A stretch of DNA of 64,000 bases from Laetmonice hystrix (taxonomy: Eukaryota). Of the stretch, positions 38,642 to 49,100 are shown one piece after another. Positions within the stretch are counted from its first letter, which is position 1. The number at the start of each line of letters is the position of its first letter. The stretch spans positions 7,998,001 through 8,062,000 of the forward strand of contig OZ249436.1 of NCBI GenBank assembly GCA_965235115.1, written 5' to 3'. Both the position numbers and the translations under genes were made by a program. The notes under the pieces were generated by a model. The model was given only the letters and a program-made list of their open reading frames with translations. It was not told the origin of the DNA and made no database searches.

Positions 38642-41088
38642 TCTTGTGTAAGAAGGATGGGGAAATGGGAATTAGCGGCAGGCGAGGCGGGATTTCCTGT
38701 CTGGCGCACACATAGGATCAGAATGATCCAAGTTATTATAGACGCCACTTTGAATCCTCAAGGACCATTGAAGGTGGCGAAGAAGCAGGATCCCTGCTGG
38801 TTGTGTTTGGTAGAGAGTTTGATGTGTCATCGTGCCGGGAGTTATCCGGGTAGGAAGGATAGAAGATGGTGGCAGTGGCAGCAGACTGTATGGAGTACCG
38901 ACCTGAGGGAATCGAGATGGTTTCATGTTTAGTTGCTATCAGTCTACCGTGTTTCAATAGCGCCCTCAGACACTATAGCCTGCCATTCCCTACCCTCAAG
39001 TGGCCAACAACCTCAGCTGTCGCGTGTGCCCCAGTTGCCCTCCCTCCTCTCGTACACTGGCATGCAAGACTGCAGACACTCTCCTATAGCCATATTGATC
39101 CTTGAAGGAGAAATTAAAGTATAATGTCGGGATGGAAGGTAATCTGGGAGGTATTAGGCTCAAGGGGGCCAGGATGGGACGGTGCCTCATTGGACGTGCC
39201 GGGGGTGATGAGGCTGGAGGTAGGGCTGGCACACTGGTATACACGGCAGATTGACACCTGGCATGCAGATTCATGTCTGGCGGCAGTTTGCACACGTCAT
39301 TCGTCGACCGACCTGCCTCATACGCTCACACCCGGTTGGAAGATCAGTGTTTGGGCAGCCGGCCAGCAAGTAATGTGCCAACTTCAGCTGTTAGAAAGGA
39401 TGAGAGTCCAATGCTGAAACTATCGATTTGCTATCTCTTGGGTTGTTGTCAGCTGACCTTGGCTACAATTTTCCTGGTAAAGAAGTTGTTTGAAAGAAAC
39501 CCCCTGACCCCCCCCCCCTCCCCCATTTTCTGGTGGATCATGATAAAATGTGAAACTGTGATCTAAAAACCTAAGTAATAAGGTACTTGATATTAGTAAT
39601 TCATGGGAAGACATTTTGCAAAGTGTTACCCGGCTTATTTCTAGAGCATGGCGTTAAAAGCTGACCAAAAAAACTGTCCGTGAGCCAATGCCGATCATGA
39701 GGATGGCTAAAGAGGAATCTTTATTTGATGACTGCGAGGGTTTTGGCAAAGCCGGAATCGATGGGTGTGTTGATGTCTCATTGAACAAGCTGGCAAATAC
39801 GACTGCAGCATGAAACACTCTTTTGAAAGCCATTAATATTGAGAGCAAACGGAAGCAGACATTAATATGGATGGTGCTCGACTGGGAGTAGTCTGGGAGA
39901 TGGGGCGCCTATCGATCTGGGTGCCCGCTTCCAGCCCTCAGTTGTAATCTGAAGAGCGTCAAATTTATGTCAAGCTGTCAGCTTAGTGCTGACAATACTC
40001 GTGGGTAGGTGGCGCTGTAACGGAGCCCTACTCTAGACCACTGGGACTGGAAGTCAATAGTGCGGTATGTAGACACGTTAGTAGAACCCCGGCTGGTTGG
40101 GATTGCGCCTAGCACCACTTTGGTGGGGGTTGATCGGTTCTGCCCTTGTCTAATGTTGCTGGGTAAGGTTGCGTCCCTGGGACTGTTGTAACATGCAAGG
40201 GGATCCGCCCTGGTATGATGGGGGTGGGGTGGGGGTGGGGGTGAGCAAGGACTTCCAGTCAATGCCCAGCGTGCTGATGTGAATACAAGCACTATAAAAC
40301 CAGATTAGCATAGAGAGGCCTGGCGCACACCCATAGACATTGGCATCAGGGTTGCTGCGATATGGCAATGGCGGTGTGCAACCTATGAAAAATTGATAGT
40401 GACAGTGCAGCACATTGCAGCTGTGGGACAGAAGCAACGTTTGCATGGGCAGCATGCCCCCCTAGGGAAGCTGCCACACTGCCCGCCCTAGTAAATTTAT
40501 TTTCTCATTACAGCCATAGGGACACATGATTGATGTTGCACACGGAAGACATAATTGCAGGCATGAATTTATTATGCCGAACGAGCCCCCATGAGATTCA
40601 CCGCCCATAATTTCACCTTTATTCTCTGCTCCGATAGTTGGTATGATTGGGAGCATGGGCAGGCCATGGTGCCCGCACGGTGACAGCCCACCAACAGCTC
40701 CACAGGCAAAAAGATGGATCTTTTAATGGAGTTTCTTGTTCCGCGGTATTACCAACCATTATGAGGAAAATAAACGGTGGGGATTTTAATTGCCGTAAGA
40801 AGTCAGTCAAAAGATACCGATGGGACCGCGCGGGAGGGTAAGCCACACCTCGCGTCTTTCAGGCAGAAGGATTTCAGAGGCCCGGCGTTTCAGTCACATG
40901 ACTTGTCATGAGTCTGTTTATTGGTAAAACCGATCGCATTGTGTCTTGTTTCAAATCAGTGCTGTCACATGCAGCTTTGGCGTCGGAGCCATCGCCTCCA
41001 GCTTTTGTGTAATTGTTTTCATGCGCGCGGTGCATGATGGGGCCGCCCACTGATTTCTCTGTTCATATTTTTTTCTTTCTGATTTCAG

Positions 41089-41151
41089 ACTGAGATTGCC
41101 AAGCGGCTAAACGCAATAATCGCCCAGGTCATCCCGTTCTTGTCTCAGGAG
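41089..41151 (+). CDS. gro (TLE): groucho exon 5, Q domain (TEIAKRLNAIIAQVIPFLSQE)
   Basis: Acceptor TTTCTTTCTGATTTCAG, donor GAG|GTAGGT, 63 nt. Confidence 0.98.
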
Positions 41152-42038
41152 GTAGGTGACAACTTCAATATCGTTTTTCTTCACTAACGCTGGGGTGAGC
41201 TAGGAAGGAGGGAAAAGAAAAAAACCCATTTGAGTCATATTCCATAATTCCATTTCTCGCTCCAGTAGACATTGATTTGGTGCTGTAGAGATAGGAGGAC
41301 CCTGTGCGGATCAGTGCAGCTCTCCTTCCATATTTGGCTTCTTGTCAAGATGCAGGGTGATTTGGTAAGAGATAGTGTTGCCATGGATACAATAACTCGC
41401 TCTCGTAGTCTGAATCTGTTTGACTTTGAGGGGGATACTTTATGGTGAGAGCGGCGAGCTTGCACCGACATTTTTAGACTCTCGTGTTTACTTTTGTCCT
41501 CAAGACGAGCTCGAGAGCAACCGCCAAAAAATAGACGCGGTTCTCGAGCATCATGGGAAGAGTGGCAGCGACGGTGAAAAATTCGGAATATTGAATGTGT
41601 CTGAGAGTGTGTGTGATTAGGATGTACTTAATTGAAGTGTGCTTTATTGTAGAATTGCAGGCTTGGCGGGAACAGGGGGGACTGAAGAGTGCTTGTACAT
41701 GACATTTTTCTGGGAAATTAGAAGCACTTGTGCAGTCATTATCTTGATTAAGAAGGTGTTTTCAGGGGAGCGAGCCCTGAAGAGGTATTGATGGAAATGG
41801 GGCTGCCATTGAAAATCACTTGTGTGTGGAAACCAGGCTATCTAAGTGAGTCGCGCGCTGACAGGCGTCCTTGAGTATGTAATGAGGGAGGGCCCGAAGG
41901 CTGTACTTGGCAGGCTGGTGCTGCTAGCTCCACTCTACTCCACCACTACTCCACCCCCTCCACCACCACCGCCTCCACACCAGCCAGTCAACCAGACAAG
42001 TACATCTTCTCACACTCTCGTCATCTTCTCTTTTCTAG

Positions 42039-42113
42039 CATCAACAGCAGGTGGCAGCAGCAGTCGAACGTGCCAAGCAGGTCACCATGACAGAACTCAA
42101 CGCCATTATAGGG
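42039..42113 (+). CDS. gro (TLE): groucho exon 6, end of Q domain ([25 protein letters not shown])
   Basis: Acceptor CTTCTCTTTTCTAG, donor GGG|GTGAGT, 75 nt. Confidence 0.98.
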
Positions 42114-43245
42114 GTGAGTAAGCATGATACACCTCACAGTCACATCCGTTCTGCACGGCTGGTCTAAATAAGCAATCTGAGAATATGAACAAAATCGTCC
42201 CCCTGTGCCACTGTCACTGAGCAGGGCACCCTGGCAGGACGACCTCCAAACTATTACTGTCACATACTTTTTGGCATCCCCGGAGACATTTCAAGGAGAA
42301 CATTGTCGACGTGTTAGATAGGGATCTGGAACCATGTGTGTAGGGACCGGTTAGGACCAGACACACCGGCCCGACAAGTTTATAATGTAATGACACGGAC
42401 AGGAGTGCTAAAGGAATGTGAAATATTAATCGTTGAGACCGAGACATTGGCGGCTGCGTGGCCCTTGCTCTAATTGCCCTCTGTGCCACAGGGGCAGGGG
42501 CGAGTTGTTGAAACGCAAGCAAGGGCATCCAGCCATGGACAATAGGGCCGTGTCAGGTTTACGTGTGCTCCAGGCTCACATAACACACCGTGCTGAAATG
42601 TTAAGCCAGAGATGTCGTGATAAGGCAACGTAATGAAAACTAAATTCTAAGTAAGGCCGTGGGCAACAGAGAGCAAGAAGTACTTGTGAAAGTCGTTTAG
42701 CTTGTTTGTTGTTTCGATCGCTCAAGTGTGAAGAGTAAAATTTCTTGACGAAAAGAAAAGTGACGCTGAAAATGTTGTGACTTTGGGGACATTTCCTGCA
42801 TACAGGACACAGGTTATGGGCCTCATGGGCAAGGTGATGACCTTCTGACCTTCGCATAACCCTAGGAAAACATAGGACCTTTTCGACTTTTCCGACTCTT
42901 TAACAGTTCTTTGACTATTCAATTTGCCCAAGGATGGGAAGTGGCAAACCTTACTGAGTCTGGCCTGAAGTTAAAGAACTCAGCTTTCAGGGGACGAAAG
43001 GCCTTACTGATGAGGACTTAACCGATGCTCAATAGGAATTTGATTGTTTACACAAGTGAAAACGTTTACATGTAATCAGGTGCCATATACAGAGGCTGTT
43101 AAGAGGCATTAAGGTTTTATAAAGCGTTAAAGGAAATACCTGCAGGAGAGAAACAGACTCTAGAAACCTTTTCCATTAGAATTTCTAATGAGAACTGACT
43201 GAAAATCTCAAGATACAGCAAAGCCTTAAAACAGCGGCCCCATTA

Positions 43246-43575
43246 GGCTAGAAACACACGGACATGCGATTTTGCAACGCATGCGTCGCATGCGTCAAGC
43301 TTGGTAAAGGTTGCCACCCTGTGTAACAACCTTTTACAACGGCTGGAACCCCCCTATGAATGACGTCATCGTCATAGGAATCTCCCGTGCGTTGCTCTGT
43401 GCGATGCGTTGAGAATGGAACATGTCCCATTCGAATCGCATCGCATGACGTTAACGTGTCCGTTATCTAAACGCGGGCGATGCCGTGTAAACACCCTTGT
43501 GTATTTCCAGTTGTCCCAAAAATTTGCGTTAACGCACGCGAAGAACGCATATCGCATGTCCGTGTGCCCCTATCC
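43246..43575. mobile_element. 330-bp MITE, PIF/Harbinger-like, in groucho intron 6
   Basis: 25-nt TIRs GGCTAGAAACACACGGACATGCGAT (43246-43270) and ATCGCATGTCCGTGTGCCCCTATCC (43551-43575), 21/25 complementary; TTA on both flanks (43243-45, 43576-78), the TWA target-site duplication known for PIF/Harbinger. Confidence 0.8.
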
Positions 43576-43779
43576 TTACCGAAGCTGTAAAAGCCTTCCT
43601 TTTAGTTAATGGTGTTCTTTGTTCTTTGATGACTCTCTCGCAATGTTCTCTTGTAATGTTAATATTGATTGTTTCTCTTAGAATAGTAATTACTCCTTTC
43701 ATTACCTGAGCATTTTCTTGACCTCATGAAATGCTCTTCACAATGGTATATCTGTGATGCTTTACTTTTGTTGCCGCAG

Positions 43780-43954
43780 CAACAGATGCAGGCGCAGCAC
43801 CTGCCGCACGCCCACGCGCCACCCATCCCCATGCCGCCCCACCCGGGCATGCCCGGAGCCCCCGGCATGCCCCCCTCCTCCAGTGCCGGACTCCTCGGGG
43901 TCATGGGTGGAGCACTCTCCGCCTCCCACCTAGCCCAAGTCAAAGACGAGAAAG
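43780..43954 (+). CDS. gro (TLE): groucho exon 7, GP domain (QQMQAQHLPHAHAPP...SHLAQVKDEK)
   Basis: Acceptor TTTACTTTTGTTGCCGCAG, donor AAAG|GTCAGT, 175 nt, phase 0 to 1; Gly/Pro-rich like the TLE GP domain. Confidence 0.95.
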
Positions 43955-46133
43955 GTCAGTTCCAAAGAGGTATGAAAATCGGATAATAAAAAGGTTTTGC
44001 ATGAAAGAGTGTGTTGGAAAATGGAAGTCTATAGGAACGGAGCCATCAAAGAAATATCATTAGTCCCTTGACAGTGTATTAAGTGTGAATCGGACTTTGT
44101 ATTGTAGCCAAGTGTAAACGTTTAAATCTCAGGGTGGGAAAGGAGAAAGTACCGTTTTCAGAACATGACATAAATACAAGCAGCAGGCCCTCAACGACCG
44201 AGATTGAATGGAGAAAGGTTTATAAGAAAGTGACACTATAGAAAGGTCAGCCGGGTAATGTGACTGTAATGACGATAAGACCTCGCCCGTCTTGACAAGT
44301 TTCTTCCCTGATCTGACGGCCATCCAGCGTCATCCATCCCGTAAAACCACAAAGCGACCTCACCACAAGAGCCACAAATCAGAAATAATAACTAACCACC
44401 TTCTCTGGCGCGCCCACAAAGAGTGCCGAGGTGTTTTTGTCGGGCGGGCTTGTTTTCTCCGCCGTCGATGATTGCTGAATGGACTGGTTAAATACAAATC
44501 AGCCGAACTCGGGGACTGAGCAGCTGTCCGACCGTAGCTGAAGGTCTGTCAGGGTGGTTCGCGCAGTGGTCTTATATGTACGCCCTGGGGAAGGGAGCCG
44601 GGCAATGAATAGGGAGTACGATGTCGTGTCAAAGGTGGCTGCAGTGTCGGCACTGTCAATGGCTCCTTGGTTTTGGTGTAACTCAAGAGGAATGTTAACA
44701 CCGTAATTCAGTGGCGGATAAAAAAGACGACAAGAAAGCTTTCTGCAGTGTGAAATTTCCTACGGGTGTTACCATGCATTTTCTTTATTTTTGTTTCTTT
44801 TTTCCAAATCAGAAAGATTTGTGGAGTAATGTAAGAGCCCTGGATTTGGTTCCCACGTTGACTGCTGTACTGTAGGTAGTTATTTATCAATTTATCATCT
44901 TCTTTGTGGACAAAATTGGCTTAGATGAAAATGATAGAATTGACGATTACAATGAAAGGCACTTCTTAGATCAAAGTCTGTGTGTAATTTCAGCCGGAGA
45001 TTTTGAAGAGTGCCTATCTAGGGCCCGGTTGGGAGATTGGGGGGGGGGGGGGTGAGATGTCGTATGATCTTGGGGGGTAAGAGGTGGGGGTGGAGGTGCC
45101 TGGCCATACAAGTGACAGGCGCTGGTTCACCTGCCCCAGGTTACCGCCCTACTCCTCAATCAGTGGAAACAAGACAGCCGACTCTGTCGGTAAAGACGGG
45201 AAAATTGATACCTGTCGCAGGTCGACAGCAGGTACCCGTTACAACGGAACCGGCGCGCAGAAAGGCAACGAAAGCCGATAGTCCATGAAGAGAAACTGAA
45301 GACTCCGTCTAATGACTACTTCGTGCTGTAGCTCTGGCAAGCATGTCGCGACTTCAATACATTCTGAGCCAGGCCGGAAAAAAACCCCAGGGGTAAACTA
45401 TTAGTGTGACTGACTGTCCGTCTACCGTGTAGCGTTTGAAATATGGTGATTAGAGTTGTACACCTTGGTAGGGAAAGGAGCCGAGGGGCTGTGAGTGGCA
45501 GGGTCTCAGGTAGGGGGTTCACTAGTTAGTAACTAAATCCACGGGGGTAGGAGTAAAAGAAGGGGAGATTTGGTGGTAATCTGATCCCATGGGTCGTGTT
45601 CATGTATTCACAACCAATTGTGTAGATTTAAACATGGACCATTAGTGTGACGTGGATGGCTGGATCCTCGGTGTCAGGTGCCAACGACACTGCCAACTGG
45701 CGCTAGATAATAGGAGTTGGATACAAAAGCCCATAAAAATTATATTTGGTCTTCAAGTACGGTTGATTCTATGGGGCGTGGTTTGACTGTCGTTTGGCTT
45801 TCACTGCCGCTGATAATGTATTCATAGTAGACCTATATTTACTTTTCCCATTTCAAACATTACCCTTTGCATGTGGCTGGAACGTATTTTATGTTAGGAT
45901 GCGCTGTTGCTGGGCGCTCCATGGTAACCGCACATGCAACATTAATATCCTATCAGTTTCAGGTGATCACATGTTCCATCTATTTATTACTTGTCATTAT
46001 CAGGCGTGCTATGTGCATTTCATGTTGACTAACACGTGCCATTGCCTTTCCCTTCCAATCACCTGCTGAACGCTCTGGACTTACCATTGGTTGTCACGCA
46101 ATGTCGGTTGTCATGGCAACCTACAACTGACAG

Positions 46134-46153
46134 CACAAGAAGCAGAACGGCAT
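46134..46153 (+). CDS. gro (TLE): groucho exon 8, 20-nt microexon ((A)QEAERH)
   Basis: GACAG|CACAAGAAGCAGAACGGCAT|GTAAGT. Length 3n+2 bridges the phase-1 end of exon 7 to the phase-0 start of exon 9. 128-nt AG-free zone upstream, with branch motif TGACTAAC at 46026-46033. Confidence 0.8.
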
Positions 46154-49100
46154 GTAAGTACCAGGATTTGAATCCTTTTATTTTTTTTATTATATTTTTA
46201 CCACCGCTTTCTCTAATTATTTCGGCGTTCTCATTTCAGTGACTGCAGTCAGAAGAAATCTGCCTATTTTTGGCTACTTAGGGTAATGCTAAAGTTATCG
46301 GGCAGTCTTTTTTTCTGCCCCGGAGGCACGATTTTGAAAGGTTCATTACACTCAATTATAATACTGCTTTTGAAAGTCAGAGAACAGTACACATCAAGGC
46401 ACGCGAGTTTTTCTAGTTCACGTCGTTCATTCTCTAACGTAACGCAAACCCACATAATTTTGCAACACAACTTGCATTTTGGGACATTTCTTATGACACA
46501 GATGTTGGAATATTAACATTTTGGGGTCTATAGAACCAAGTATGGCTCATTAGGAAATGGTATATTGGTCAATGTTAATCTTATTGTATTATTGCCCCTG
46601 CGAATGTATATATTGGCAGTTTGAAGCGGAAACAAGACAAGGCCTCCTGCCCTCACCCCCTAACTGACAGGGCATTGGCCCAGTTTCTGTCTGTGTGACC
46701 CGTAGAGCTTGATATAAACAATGGTCGCCTGTGTGTGCGGGGTGGTGCCCGCCCCAGTGAGTGATTAAGGCAGCCATGCCGGAACTGACAAACCAGCAGA
46801 GCCGACCGCAACACCAGCGGTGTCCTCCGCCCGACTTGCCTGCCTGCCCCGACCGCAAGCCGCCCGCCGCCGCCGCCGCGAACAAAGGGGCCTCGGCGGC
46901 GTACTCGACTGCCGGCCGCTGTCTCTCGATGGCACCGGCTCTCGTGACCTCCTTCCCGCGTCACCTGTGAGTGCGTGTGTGTGTAGAGTGCGTGTGTGTA
47001 CGTGCGGCTGGCACCCAAGGCTGGCTGATGTCACTCGCCATCACGTGCACGCTCAGCCCACAACCATGTTATCGCTATCATTACAGCGGCCCGCTTTGAT
47101 CAGAATGTGTCGCCAGACATGCTGCCCTAATTTGGACCACTGCCACTGAAGCACGCCGCCACCTGATTGGTTCGGGACAAAAAGCCAGCTCAGCCAATCA
47201 CGTTTACCTTAGGATTGGAAGCAGTTGCCATGGGAGATGATGTATTTGCTGAGTGGCAACCCGACGTTCGCATGTCCTGTGTGATTGCACATGTAAGCAT
47301 GCATGGATCTCGTGTGGACAAGTCGGGCTGGCTTGCATGTATTCCTGCAATGGAGCTCTGCTTAAAACTCATCCGTAGGGACTGCTTATCTACTGCAATT
47401 AGGTAAAGCATGCGGCAGCCACACCCCTCCCTGAAGCCTTGTGCCCAGGGCAGGATAATCTGGCACTAGTCCCAGTCGGCATTATGCTGGAATCGCTAGT
47501 CTATTGCCGGTTGTTAGAGCGAGTACGCCGTCTACGCAGCCAGTATTGCGGTAGTCTATTGTCAGACGCTGGCGGCAGGTGTCGCTGGCCTCGGCTATTG
47601 TCGGCGTTGTTTGGTCGGCAGCAACAAAACAAGCCATTTCTGCTTGCCTGGCGCTTTGTTTCCGCCCGCCAAGGCCAGATGGCGCTGCGCGCGGTGTGAT
47701 TCATGTGTGGACCTTGCGCTTGAGTGAGCATAGCTGATTGGTTTGTCAGTGGGTGTTGGAGAGTGGTTGATGCGGGGCCGGGAGGGAGGAGGCACGGGCG
47801 CAGATTGGGCAGGCCTGTTTCAATATAATGACTGATGAGAAGCGATCAGCAGTGCTACACTGCACATCACTGCCATTCCATTCACCCGGGTATTCGGATT
47901 CAGATGGCGATTGTGTGTAGGGGCCGGGCGGGGGAGGGGTAGGGAAAGGAGGGGAGGACTTGGGGGGTGGGGGTGTTTAGAGGATTGGGGCTTGAGTAGC
48001 GGGTCCTGAGCTGGGGATGTTGGTGGTGGTGGTGGTGGTGGGAGGGGGGGGGGGGGATGAGGTGGCATTGTATTTGGTCAGAGAAGGTTGTTGGAGGGGA
48101 CTGGTTAACGGGGTGCTGTATTAGCAGCGGGTCATCGGCCAGCGCTACCCGGCTGCCACAACTCGGACTATTTGTGCTTGACTGCCGGCCTTTCTGTACC
48201 ATTTTCATGGCCATTTGCGCATACGGCTCTGGCCACTGAAGCAGAAGGGCCACACACCGACACCCAAGCAGGATGAGTACATGACGGACACTCCTGCCCA
48301 CCGGCTCCTGTGGCCAAAGGCTATAAGCAGGGACATTGAACAACCCAGTTCAACCAAATGGAAAATCTGTCTGGTGGCCTGGTGGTCAGGGCAGCCAACT
48401 GGCAGCGGCCAGAACGGTGGCGTAATGGCAGGCCTATTACCAGTAATGGTGGCACCGAGTCCCCATCTGACTTCTACAATGATTGAGCTCCAGCTGACTG
48501 ATTGCAAACCGTTCTCCTGGTATACAGGCTCCGGGCTGCGCCCCCCCCCCACCCCAACCATCCCACTCCAACTGTCCCATGCTTCAATGTCTCGGAGCCA
48601 TTCCCTTCAGCCGCCAATGGACTTCAGTTTATGGATGAAATTGTATCAGCTAGTCCGACAAAGATGGTACTTTCCCATTTTTGGATGGTCAGAATACCAT
48701 GCTAAAACCCTGGCTCCTGTATTAAGGCGATAGTGGAATCCAAGTATTTCTAATAATGATTTATCAACCAGTAAAATGATGACCACAGGAGGCTTTAGAA
48801 GCTCTGCCGGCCTGCCAGAAGTAGGGCCTCCTAGATTTGTAGCCGGCCATTAAAGGAGCGCCCAGGTTTGTACCTCCTTGACAGGGCCAAAACGTGCTGA
48901 CCTCATGGCCTCAATTGGCATCTCTTGAGCGCCCCTTTCTCTCCTGACGCCCCGATTTCCACAAAGGTCCTTTGAAGCAGCACAGATGGAGCTTACCCTC
49001 TTGGGCGTCTCTAGCAGCGTCATCGAGTGATGCTGCGTCCACAAGGGCCCTATCAGCAAGGGTTGCTGGAGACAGAGAGGTGTTTCTAAAGGTCTCGAGT

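Noticed and set aside
45084-45281. ORF near 45.1-45.3 kb as the missing exon 8
   Set aside because: No convincing acceptor/donor pair giving a 3n+2 exon and no Groucho-like sequence; the 46134-46153 microexon fits much better.
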